From positions 1 to 36,685 of IMG/VR virus record IMGVR_UViG_3300025112_000068: a DNA stretch of 36,685 nucleotides, one strand, 5' to 3'. Source of the stretch: a virus (Duplodnaviria > Caudoviricetes). Made by a program: the position numbers and the translations under genes. Shown piece by piece: positions 18,401-26,940 of this stretch. Below the pieces are notes generated by a model, which saw only the letters and a list, made by a program, of their open reading frames with translations, was not told the DNA's origin and searched no databases. The stretch's first letter is position 1. Each line of letters begins with the position of its first letter.

Positions 18401-21400
18401 GGGACCAATTATGACTTCGAACAAGGCGACCAAAGTTCGGTTAATGGGACATTTGAGGCTACTACCTCAAATACCGCTACCGCAACCAACCTAATGAATG
18501 TCATTAATACTTCGAATGGACCGGCTGGAACTAGATTTACAGCTACGTCGGATGGGGCAGTTGTTACGGTTACTCAAGACGCTGCCGGCGTGTCCGGTAA
18601 TACAACTGTCACTCTTACAGACAGCGGTACTGCGGGCATGAGTAAGACTAATTTCACGGGTGGTACCGAGGAATATACTTCAAATTATCAGGGAGTCTTC
18701 AGCAATATAAACCTACGCCAACATACGGGACGTGGAGATAGTTTTGTTGCTTCGTCTACTCCCGTAAGAAAAGAGTATGTCTACAAAGAGGAGCCCCAAC
18801 TACCTGAATATGCTTCAAGTACAGACATGATCTCGGTGGTTGCGGCTGATACAAATGTATTCTCCCCGACCGTTAGGCCTACTGATTATTATTATGCCCT
18901 AGAAAAAAGTATGTATGGAAGTATTTCTAAGAGAATGCTCCAGCTTTTCTCTTCTATCGATGAAATGAACAATCTTATAGGTGAGCCGGTAAATACTTAT
19001 CGGCCAAATTATAAGTCTATGGAAAAACTAAGGCAGATCTTCTTTAACAAGGTAGGAAATATTCCGGACCTAGAAAAATATGTCAGTTACTACAAGTGGA
19101 TAGACTCCTCGATAGGTGATGTTGTTGAGCAATTATACCCAGCGTCATCTCCGCACGCCGAGGGCGTTCGAACTGTTGTCGAAAACCATCTCCTAGAGCG
19201 ACCAAAATATAAATATACATTTTTAGGGGATAGAAAAAATACGTTCCCGCCTGGCGGAGATTTTGCAAGAGGAACAATGGGGTCACAACCGTTGGCTAGA
19301 GCAGGGTTATCTCAACAGGCTTATGGTGCCCAGGCTGGGGTTGTTCGGTACACAGAACAAAGAGCACCGCTTCCAACCTCCCCACAAAAAGAAAACGAAC
19401 ACTCTTTCTGGTGGAAATATAAGGCCGAAAGAACAAACCCGACAATCTCGTCGTCAGTGCCTGGCGTAAATGCCGCCAAACAACAAATTCTGAGTGTATT
19501 ACAGTCAGAAATAACTGCCAGCAAGGTTGTGAAGATTGGCGGCTCTGTATATAAAAGCCAAGGAATCGGGCAAACTCCTGGGACTTATAAATATCCTAAT
19601 ATTAGAGATATAACTTTTGGAGATTTTAGAGAGTTCAGAGACACAACAGACGTCTCTGATCCGAAAGTAAAAATAAAAACTGTATTTGCAGCCACGAATG
19701 ATAATGAAGTCTATAGTGGCGAATTGCTAGTTCCATTCACGGTGTATAGTTCAAGTGTCGATACTGGTTATATGGCAGATGTTACAGACAATGGACTGAC
19801 TGGCTCTATAATCACAAACTTACACGAGTCAGCAGAAACACTTCAGGGTCCGTTTACTTTTCAACATGTTGGCGGATTGCAAAGTAGACACGTTTCACCA
19901 TTACAACAGTCTGACCGCAAAGAAGCTTTTGCTCTTGAGTTTATAGCAACGAACCCGACCAAGGGAAGAATTAGGTCGTTGGTTACGGGCACCATCCCTA
20001 AAGGCTTCTATCGTAGAACGCTAGGCGCAGCATCGCCCATTAATATTGCGAACATAAAAACAAATTTACAAAACCTAAATGGCAGCGTGACAGGCGGTGT
20101 CAGCCCTATAGGAAACTTTGCAGAGAATTACGAAGTTCTACAAACTTCTGACCGTTCCTCGGCAAATATGGACTTCTTGTTCCATAATAATCTTTATTAT
20201 ACTAGTTCTATTCCAACTCCATTCCTAAGATCAATTGGTATGATATCTTTGGGAAGGAGCGGATCTGCTGATTATTATAATCCAAGACAGCGTGGACCTC
20301 TAGGTCCAGCCGTAGATCAACACTCGGGATCTCTTAGGATCAACAAGACAGTCATAGCTAGCCGTTTTTCTGCCCCTGGCGGAAAATTTGATTCAAATCA
20401 GCAGTTTAGAGATGTTTCATCGGACCAATATTCGCCGAACAATGCATTACCATTTAGAAATATTGACACAAAAAAACCTTATCTAAAGGATTTGGCCGCC
20501 CATGTGGAATGGGGAGGATTTTCGGGGTCTAGCGATGAAATAATGCGTGCCTTTACTCCACTTGCTTGGTATAGCTCCGACACTTATTCCACCACCGGAC
20601 CAAAGATAAATGCAAATTCCCAGGTAGCCCTTGATTTTTTAAATGAGGGGATAACCGAATTTGGATACCCCTCTGCTTCTTTGTTTCTCCAGACTGCTAC
20701 TTTTGGCAACGGGGAAGTGTTGAGCCTTGTGCTCCCTGAAGGCACTTGGAGTGCCACAACCGACGCTAGTGTGGCGTATATGGACTCAACCGCAACAACT
20801 ATAGGAACAAATGGGATATCGTCTGGCGGTGGATCGTCGGCTGACACCGCTCTTTCGACTGCGATTAGTATAAGTCTAGTCAGCCGCCTTGCGGCGCTCT
20901 CAGCCGATGCTCCTTATGCATATGCCGTCAATCAGTCTGTCAACGGAAGCACCTATATTCTCAGTGTACGAAGAAATACTATAGGACAACGAGGTGGTGA
21001 TACTATAAACGGCACAACATTCGGCGGCGCTGTGGCTGCTCGTTCGGGAATAACTCCACATGCATTTCAAACCCACCCAGTTTTAAAAGCAAAGGCATCT
21101 CCTTATCACAAAACACAAAGAAACGCAACAAACCGGCTCGTAATAGGCTCCACGGACCAGTGGCAGGGTGCCGTTGACTCTGGCGGGCCCAATAATGAAA
21201 CTTATCGTCAGTCGTTCCAGTATGATAATGCTTTTGTAACAAGACCAATACCACAAGCAGACAGAACTAACTGGTTTAGGAGCATGGTATCCGGGTCGGA
21301 CAATGCGACGACATTTTTACAGTATCAGATTTCAGGGTCTAGATATCCGTCTGATTTATATAGAGTCACTGCTTCTCTTGGAATTGTGCCAGGCACCGCT

Positions 21401-24400
21401 GCGGGACCCGCAGCGATTTATATCGGCAGTAACACCACAAGTGAGTGGTCGGGTCGTACTACACAGTTTACAGATGCCGGCGGATTGATCCTTCAACTCA
21501 CGGCATCGACGGCCGTCGCCCTCGACTCTTTTACTAGAGCTTCGGCTAGAATATATACTTGGGGTGTGGGCAGTTCAACAACTACATTGGCGGCAATCAG
21601 AAATTCGCAACTGGTTTGCTTGCGAGCCGCCAAGGATACCCATGGAGATATAAATATCGAGGCCAACACGGGAGACAGCGCAGATTTCGGCTTGGGCGTT
21701 TGGCCTAGTATAAGTTTGACGCAGTCTAGTCCCGGCACCTCTGGCAATACAGCCATCGTCGGCACATCGACGCTAACCGCTCCCCCCATGGTCTCATATA
21801 TTTTCAACTTCAGTGGGGGAACCGACAACCTCGAACGCAACCCGATAGGCTCAGTGTTTACAGCGTCTTCTGGGCAACCAAACTATAAATGGGTTAACAG
21901 TAGGGGCTTCGCTCCATGGAGCCAGACCAGGGCTGGACAATCCTCTGAAGCTGTTTATTATGCAAAAAATAATGTTTATGAATTTGCCCCAGTTAACGAA
22001 ACAAAAAGAATTTTGAGACTGCCCTCAGACAAGGGACCCATATGGGTGCCCGCCACCAAGGGCTGGCAAAGGACTACAAAAAGCAGGTACTACACAGACA
22101 GGTTCACGGGTGTTATAACCTCAAGCTTTTCAGAGAGATACGTTGAGCCTCCAATAACTTCTCGTTATAAGCCGATCATACACCAGATTGAAACAACACG
22201 GGGTACTCCGGCGAAAACGAATTACGATGACAAGGTGGATGTTACTTTAGAATATTCTTACGGGAACATTCTTCAAGGATTTGCGAACAAAGAAATAAAC
22301 ATAAAACTTGGAGAAAAAGCTGGATATAATTCCGGAAAGATAAGAAGACCATACGAAGTTCTTAGGGACAATTATACAGACAAAGTCCAAAGAAACACCA
22401 CAGGTGCCGAACTTATAAAAATGATGGTTTACTCGGAAACAATATTCCCACGAGAGAGATACACATATCTTTCTGGAACTAGACAGAGACTTGCATTTTC
22501 TCAAGATTCTTGGAGGAATGATTCACCGTCCGGAAGTACTCGAACGGCGGGAATAATATCCGCAATCAACATCGAGCACGCCTTTAATGACAACAAGGGC
22601 GGTTTTTGGCTACCCTCCGTCCAGCCCGACGTCGTCGGCACCTTCAGCGCCAACAAGCAATTTAATAGACTTGTCATAAATCTTACAACTTCCCAAGGAT
22701 ATACGGTTCGTTGGGACGAGCAGGCACCGCTCTTAGCTTCTCGACATAACAACGCAGCCAACATAGGTTTCTTCGGTACTGGGTCAATGTGGCCATTGGA
22801 TTCAAATATATATGGCGACAGCGGTGCATCGACGGACTCCAAGGTTAAATACCTTCTCAGAGCATATTCAGGTTCTACCGCTAACGGCATAAACGTCATG
22901 GGATCAGCCTTTGCCACCTTTGCCGCAGGTGAACTAATGATGCCTCACTATGGAAGGGTTCTTAGTGGGAGCAGCAATGCTGCGGGAAAACTAAGAAATT
23001 GTATACCAGGCACGTCGAGCCTTAACAGTGCTCAATATGTTTATAACATACCGTCCTTACTATCAGGGACCAAAACAGTTTATTCGGGCGACCCTGCTTT
23101 AAAGCCGACCAGTTTTGCTATTTTATTAGAACGCCGAGCACCCGGCGGCGCAATAACTATGCCACCCTGGACCGCAGCAACCGAGAGGAGGTTCGTGGAC
23201 GGACCATCTAAAGCAAAGCTCGCTCCCCCTAGAACACCGATGTATGAAACGTATGAAGAGTATGTCCAAGATGTTCGCTTAAAGGGTCAAGACCACAGCA
23301 TAATTCCAGAATTCAGGATCAGCGAACTGATACCCTCTTATAATCAATTAGCCTCTGTATCAGCTTTGGTCACAGCATCTTTTGAATTGACCGGGGCTAG
23401 TGAAAATGTCTATAATGGCTCACATGCCGACTTTATGCCACGATACGGAACAACGGATGTAGTAGAATATCTTTCACCATTCATGTCGCCAGGGTCGAAA
23501 GATAGTGAATTTAATAAACGCCCCCGTCATTTTGGGATAGAGTCGAAAGCAATAATGAAACTTCTGCCATATGATGGTTTTTACCCAGTCAACAGAACTC
23601 TTCAGATAGCTACCTTGTTCTCGCAATCTTATGCACCATTTGCTAAGTTTTACGGCGGCTGCGGAGATTTATTTGCGGCAAGCGCCTCGTACGATGCCTC
23701 CGCTGACACCCGACAAGTCCCTGCTTCTTCAAGTTTGCCATCCCGGTGGCGCATCTTATCGAGACCTTTTTATGCTCCGGGTATTTTATACAATTCAATT
23801 AAGTCTGGTGTTGGAGTGCAATACCCTGTTAGGAGAGAAAGCTATTCGGCGACGACGGCGTCAGCCGACGGCAGTGGCTTCAACGGGCAGTATTATGTTG
23901 AGGGACGTTTTAGATTGCACAGCGGACCTGCAAGCCTCTTCGGTGCTAACGGTGGCCAAGGCTGCGCTCAATTTCTTACAGGCACTACTACCAGCATCGG
24001 CGGTCTAGACTCCATATCTAGATCCGGCGAAGGACCCGCCTCAAATTATTTTTCCCCGCTACACGGATGCCTTAGTGGAGTTCTCATGCAACACACTCAG
24101 AGCGTGGGCGGTTCCAGTGTTATCGGCGTCCCAGCTTATCAGGCAACAGTACCGAGTATGATGCCAGGAAATCGAAGGAGAAGGGTCGAGGGAAATCTTA
24201 CAAACTTTGATTGGGGTCGCTACCCCGATACGATGAAATTCTTTTGGTCCGACGTGATTCCATTCGAGGGTATATTAAAACCCTTAGAGCATATTGGACC
24301 AGATAAATCAAGGGTTGTTTGTTCTGATATTAATGATAATCTGTACATAGAAGTTTCTGGAGCAATTGAAGGAATAACGGAAACAAGACTTACCCCACAG

Positions 24401-26908
24401 GGCACCACAAAAACATTTAGTGACCTTTTGTATCGAATGTCTGTTTCCAACTTTTTAGCAAATGTGCCGCAGTTTTTCCTAAAGAAGAAAAAATCCGGTG
24501 GATATATGACAAAATTTGTAGGAAAAGTTCCAAGCAAGGGAGCCAAAACAGATCCCGCTGGTGTACAGAAGACTTCTCAAGTTGATCCTAACAAAATGGC
24601 AGTTTCCAATACTAAAGCTTATATCATGGAGATTGGCCTTAAGAAGACGGATAATTTCAATCTTTATAATAATCCGTATGCTTTTGGTCCACCTACTTCA
24701 ACAGGGTCTTTTGGTTGGGAAATAGGAGCGCAGCAGGGCGGCGGCGTTCCGGCAACAACATCTTCTGTGGACAGCGGAGTTTACCCACAAGGAAAGAACT
24801 GGCCATATCACCGAGGAGAGTTTGCGCCATTCACCCCAACATATTATTATGGACCAAGTTTGGTAAGAATAACCTATACACCCCAATCAAGCGCAGAAGT
24901 TTCTTTAGCACAGATCTTAAACAGCAACGATGTATCCGTTGAATATTTAAATTCAAACGGATATTATTATGATTTTGATTCTGGCTCTTTTGCAAATGAA
25001 GAGAATGAACTAGTCGATTGTCACGGGACTCCATTTTATGGATGGAATCGTGCATGGCAAAACCGTCAAGATTTGGACGCATCTGTAGTAATTGATAATC
25101 TATTCCCGTCAGAAGCCGGCGCTAAACTAAAACCGCTGGACCCGAATAAATGGGTTATTATGCCCAAGTGGGAATGCCCTACTTTAGATTTCTCTGGCTC
25201 TGGCATCTCAGGGGACCCAACAGGAAACCCTTACAATTTCTCATCAAGTCTTGAGGTGGGGAATTTTGACATGGGAACAAAGGGCATGTGGCACCAATAT
25301 GGGCTTATGCCAAGAGAAAATGAGGGAATATATTTATACATTTCAGACATAGATGAAGCGTCTACCGAGTTTAGACTGGTCGGCAACCCGACAGGATCAG
25401 CCGGATCTTTCTCTACGGCAACAGGATTTGTAAAACCGTGCAAGAAAGCTTCCTTGGCAGTCCTTCGGTCTGGTCGAGAAATTGCTTCTTTGGCCAGCCT
25501 TGTCGGGTTTGATGAGACAGAAATTATGCCGGCTAATGCTTGGGACCCTTCCCGTGCTAAACGTATTGGAGAATTAGCTGAAGATAGTGAAAAGACAATG
25601 TCTGAGGCTATTTTGGCAATACCATATTATTACGACAGCGAGTCTGACAAGATGCGCTCCATGATGTTGAAAGCGCCATATGATTCTTTGGGACCAAAAA
25701 TAAAAGAGTTTAGACGAGCATTTACAAAATATTCTTTCCCCCCATCTCTAAGAAAATCGTTGGTAGATTTATTGCCGCCCAATTACCCGAAGACCTCAAA
25801 CCTTATAAATCCTTTTGGTGGTGACGACTACGATTCATTGCTCGTTGGTAACGATTTATATCAAGCGCCGATCATTTATTTGATGGAGCATAGTGTTGAA
25901 TTGTCTAGACAAGATTTGGCAGATATGTGGCAAAACGTTATGCCAGACATTGGAAAGTCGCTAAAGACAAGCGTGACGGCCATTGACCACTACATGCCAG
26001 GAGAAAAATCAGAGGAAGTCGAAACAGTATTCCCTGAGATATTAAGAAAAGAGCTTGAACTCGGACTTCCCAGAAGCGGACACCCTCGTCCTGATTTGAT
26101 CGACACAGAGGTCATGGGTATCGAGGATGGGTTCCAGCCAGAAATTAGATGGCTTATCCTCAAGGTTAAACAACGTGGTCAGACAGATTACACAACAATG
26201 ATGATAGAAGAGATTAACGAAGGCCACGGATCGTTGGCGTTCGATAACATATTTGGATATGTGGGCGACGATATCCCCTCCGAACATCAACGTTTTTTGC
26301 GGGACAGAAAAAATATATACACCAAGGGATTATATCATGTAGAGGAACTTGGTCAAGGAAGAAATACTTACAACTGGCCCTATGATTATTGTTCCTTGAT
26401 CGAGTCTGCAAAAATTAGTACAAAGGTTGGGTTCCGACCGGAACTGTCCCGAGAAGTTGAAGAGTTCGATAAAAAGAGAGAAAACAACCCAATAAATAAG
26501 GCCCCGCAGCCGAACATTGATATCGAAAATATAAAGTCTAATAATCTGTTACTACCTGATTTACAAATTATGCAAAACTTGGTGTTTGCACCACCACCCA
26601 TCAGTTTGCCAGCACCTATGTCGCTCGCTCCATTGCCAATTACTCCGCTGATCCCAGCAATAGCCCCAATTTCTAATATAAACATAGCACCAAACATAGC
26701 ACCAAACATAGCACCAAACATAGCACCAAACATAGCACCTATTGTTTCTCCGAACATTCAAGTTGGCGGTCTTGCTCCCAATCTTAACTTGCAAATTCCG
26801 ATGGTTATGAATCTTGGTGGCGGCGGAAACAGAAACCGTGGCGGCGGTGGCGGCGGAGGCAACTTCGGAGGAGGTAACATGGGCGGCGGCGGATTCGGAG
26901 GATATTGA
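15440..26908 (+). CDS. giant (3822 aa) baseplate wedge/receptor-binding protein with LamG-like domains
   Basis: LamG/concanavalin-like C-terminal signature SLDEFRFWKKAR...YYKFNEG...LDYSG..NG (~16430-16640) and a second LamG-like region (~17440-18300). LKSKGNEKSIRNTIRCFGI (~17171-17227) resembles the KGT motif of P2 gpI/T4 gp7-type wedge proteins. The C-terminus is low complexity. Confidence 0.65.
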   Translation: MSVKKLFKRTKQASSIGKYLKKSSLVDVRSAIESSEQLAASINKQEDYLPAVDYADPGEFAKFGSAEKYYDNAFSHVLNNYPYDGSKLEKVEFYNNMNPVEKWVFENKYPTSTGFVVLGNTYGSVTSGSSGYFSSSKEYIEILGGPHATTVYSTGSNRTNNLEFGGISGSTVEFFYKKALSIPGEAAQSDKQVIFDVHNGYASGSSGYGRLRIEIFSGSEDRFKVTMMSGTTGFVTQSVPTTGNLSTTSDIWNFYSFVFNTSGSIPSIDFYVDGTCEETNITGSGRHAGRVDLVTGSLVGTIGALVAAPSGSSPHASRTVYKGYGKLSASLDEFRFWKKARNAEEVGRHWLAPVHGGADKYLANVDLGVYYKFNEGTTSVDATDKIVLDYSGRITNGTWRGYETSGIRRTGSALDERQINNVSEIADPIVRSPNSNLATIQKGLADLGREYDYSNTAHLINSIPAWITEEDENSTQELRSITQIVANYFDTLHLQISQLSKIKNLGYISGSATGSIEEFPHNDRLVNNYGLEISDLFEKAGILENYFKRDEQINFEQDIVSVKNTIYRNLYNNLNHILKSKGNEKSIRNTIRCFGIDEGIVSLNTYGVDSSYKLLTQYKPAISSKKYVDFTGLLNQGDITGSVYQYYNSDVSGAWGTIYGDSGSATLQEFGFTTECEVIFPSLQNTLNLGHDYLPVVTSSLFGFHTPETGSRGIQFNTDTTVTGTAQDDPTSAAQDWGLQVRAIKSPAPFSEVFSPIEKVKDAYFVVQDRDGTIMASSSIFQNVYDNQKWNFALSVTPTKYQLATGILGSYIDISDGYELSFYGVNYDTGVKRNAFQTILSLDYAIGSNIVTSAKRLFVGAHKTNFTGSVKAFSDVKASSLRYWSDLLPTGTVDLHAREVDTHGRQNPTRDAYEFQSRNPGMYIPRIETLALDWDFADVTGSNASGQFNVLDYSSGLSEENKASATITITDYTELNAGDKVNLIATDGTNYDFEQGDQSSVNGTFEATTSNTATATNLMNVINTSNGPAGTRFTATSDGAVVTVTQDAAGVSGNTTVTLTDSGTAGMSKTNFTGGTEEYTSNYQGVFSNINLRQHTGRGDSFVASSTPVRKEYVYKEEPQLPEYASSTDMISVVAADTNVFSPTVRPTDYYYALEKSMYGSISKRMLQLFSSIDEMNNLIGEPVNTYRPNYKSMEKLRQIFFNKVGNIPDLEKYVSYYKWIDSSIGDVVEQLYPASSPHAEGVRTVVENHLLERPKYKYTFLGDRKNTFPPGGDFARGTMGSQPLARAGLSQQAYGAQAGVVRYTEQRAPLPTSPQKENEHSFWWKYKAERTNPTISSSVPGVNAAKQQILSVLQSEITASKVVKIGGSVYKSQGIGQTPGTYKYPNIRDITFGDFREFRDTTDVSDPKVKIKTVFAATNDNEVYSGELLVPFTVYSSSVDTGYMADVTDNGLTGSIITNLHESAETLQGPFTFQHVGGLQSRHVSPLQQSDRKEAFALEFIATNPTKGRIRSLVTGTIPKGFYRRTLGAASPINIANIKTNLQNLNGSVTGGVSPIGNFAENYEVLQTSDRSSANMDFLFHNNLYYTSSIPTPFLRSIGMISLGRSGSADYYNPRQRGPLGPAVDQHSGSLRINKTVIASRFSAPGGKFDSNQQFRDVSSDQYSPNNALPFRNIDTKKPYLKDLAAHVEWGGFSGSSDEIMRAFTPLAWYSSDTYSTTGPKINANSQVALDFLNEGITEFGYPSASLFLQTATFGNGEVLSLVLPEGTWSATTDASVAYMDSTATTIGTNGISSGGGSSADTALSTAISISLVSRLAALSADAPYAYAVNQSVNGSTYILSVRRNTIGQRGGDTINGTTFGGAVAARSGITPHAFQTHPVLKAKASPYHKTQRNATNRLVIGSTDQWQGAVDSGGPNNETYRQSFQYDNAFVTRPIPQADRTNWFRSMVSGSDNATTFLQYQISGSRYPSDLYRVTASLGIVPGTAAGPAAIYIGSNTTSEWSGRTTQFTDAGGLILQLTASTAVALDSFTRASARIYTWGVGSSTTTLAAIRNSQLVCLRAAKDTHGDINIEANTGDSADFGLGVWPSISLTQSSPGTSGNTAIVGTSTLTAPPMVSYIFNFSGGTDNLERNPIGSVFTASSGQPNYKWVNSRGFAPWSQTRAGQSSEAVYYAKNNVYEFAPVNETKRILRLPSDKGPIWVPATKGWQRTTKSRYYTDRFTGVITSSFSERYVEPPITSRYKPIIHQIETTRGTPAKTNYDDKVDVTLEYSYGNILQGFANKEINIKLGEKAGYNSGKIRRPYEVLRDNYTDKVQRNTTGAELIKMMVYSETIFPRERYTYLSGTRQRLAFSQDSWRNDSPSGSTRTAGIISAINIEHAFNDNKGGFWLPSVQPDVVGTFSANKQFNRLVINLTTSQGYTVRWDEQAPLLASRHNNAANIGFFGTGSMWPLDSNIYGDSGASTDSKVKYLLRAYSGSTANGINVMGSAFATFAAGELMMPHYGRVLSGSSNAAGKLRNCIPGTSSLNSAQYVYNIPSLLSGTKTVYSGDPALKPTSFAILLERRAPGGAITMPPWTAATERRFVDGPSKAKLAPPRTPMYETYEEYVQDVRLKGQDHSIIPEFRISELIPSYNQLASVSALVTASFELTGASENVYNGSHADFMPRYGTTDVVEYLSPFMSPGSKDSEFNKRPRHFGIESKAIMKLLPYDGFYPVNRTLQIATLFSQSYAPFAKFYGGCGDLFAASASYDASADTRQVPASSSLPSRWRILSRPFYAPGILYNSIKSGVGVQYPVRRESYSATTASADGSGFNGQYYVEGRFRLHSGPASLFGANGGQGCAQFLTGTTTSIGGLDSISRSGEGPASNYFSPLHGCLSGVLMQHTQSVGGSSVIGVPAYQATVPSMMPGNRRRRVEGNLTNFDWGRYPDTMKFFWSDVIPFEGILKPLEHIGPDKSRVVCSDINDNLYIEVSGAIEGITETRLTPQGTTKTFSDLLYRMSVSNFLANVPQFFLKKKKSGGYMTKFVGKVPSKGAKTDPAGVQKTSQVDPNKMAVSNTKAYIMEIGLKKTDNFNLYNNPYAFGPPTSTGSFGWEIGAQQGGGVPATTSSVDSGVYPQGKNWPYHRGEFAPFTPTYYYGPSLVRITYTPQSSAEVSLAQILNSNDVSVEYLNSNGYYYDFDSGSFANEENELVDCHGTPFYGWNRAWQNRQDLDASVVIDNLFPSEAGAKLKPLDPNKWVIMPKWECPTLDFSGSGISGDPTGNPYNFSSSLEVGNFDMGTKGMWHQYGLMPRENEGIYLYISDIDEASTEFRLVGNPTGSAGSFSTATGFVKPCKKASLAVLRSGREIASLASLVGFDETEIMPANAWDPSRAKRIGELAEDSEKTMSEAILAIPYYYDSESDKMRSMMLKAPYDSLGPKIKEFRRAFTKYSFPPSLRKSLVDLLPPNYPKTSNLINPFGGDDYDSLLVGNDLYQAPIIYLMEHSVELSRQDLADMWQNVMPDIGKSLKTSVTAIDHYMPGEKSEEVETVFPEILRKELELGLPRSGHPRPDLIDTEVMGIEDGFQPEIRWLILKVKQRGQTDYTTMMIEEINEGHGSLAFDNIFGYVGDDIPSEHQRFLRDRKNIYTKGLYHVEELGQGRNTYNWPYDYCSLIESAKISTKVGFRPELSREVEEFDKKRENNPINKAPQPNIDIENIKSNNLLLPDLQIMQNLVFAPPPISLPAPMSLAPLPITPLIPAIAPISNINIAPNIAPNIAPNIAPNIAPIVSPNIQVGGLAPNLNLQIPMVMNLGGGGNRNRGGGGGGGNFGGGNMGGGGFGGY
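26681..26740 (+). repeat. coding tandem repeat, 12-bp unit AACATAGCACCA x5 (NIAP x5)
   Basis: Four perfect copies at 26681-26728 plus AACATAGCACCT at 26729-26740, read directly from the sequence. Confidence 0.97.
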
Positions 26909-26929
26909 CACTTATTTTTAAGTTCAGAA

Positions 26930-26939
26930 GTATTTAATA
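26930..26939 (+). promoter_or_regulatory. putative late promoter element GTATTTAATA directly before ATG
   Basis: Intergenic, 1 nt before ATG 26941, with no SD. Resembles the other intergenic motifs. Confidence 0.4.
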
Positions 26940-26940
26940 C

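Noticed and set aside
26681-26740. CRISPR-like array
   Set aside because: The units are 12 bp, contiguous, without spacers, and in frame within a CDS. No cas genes are present.
26905-26938. Sigma-70 promoter from a perfect TTGACA at 26905-26910
   Set aside because: The nearest -10-like hexamers (TATTTA, TTTAAT) are 20-22 nt away rather than 16-18, and the TTGACA overlaps the TGA stop codon.
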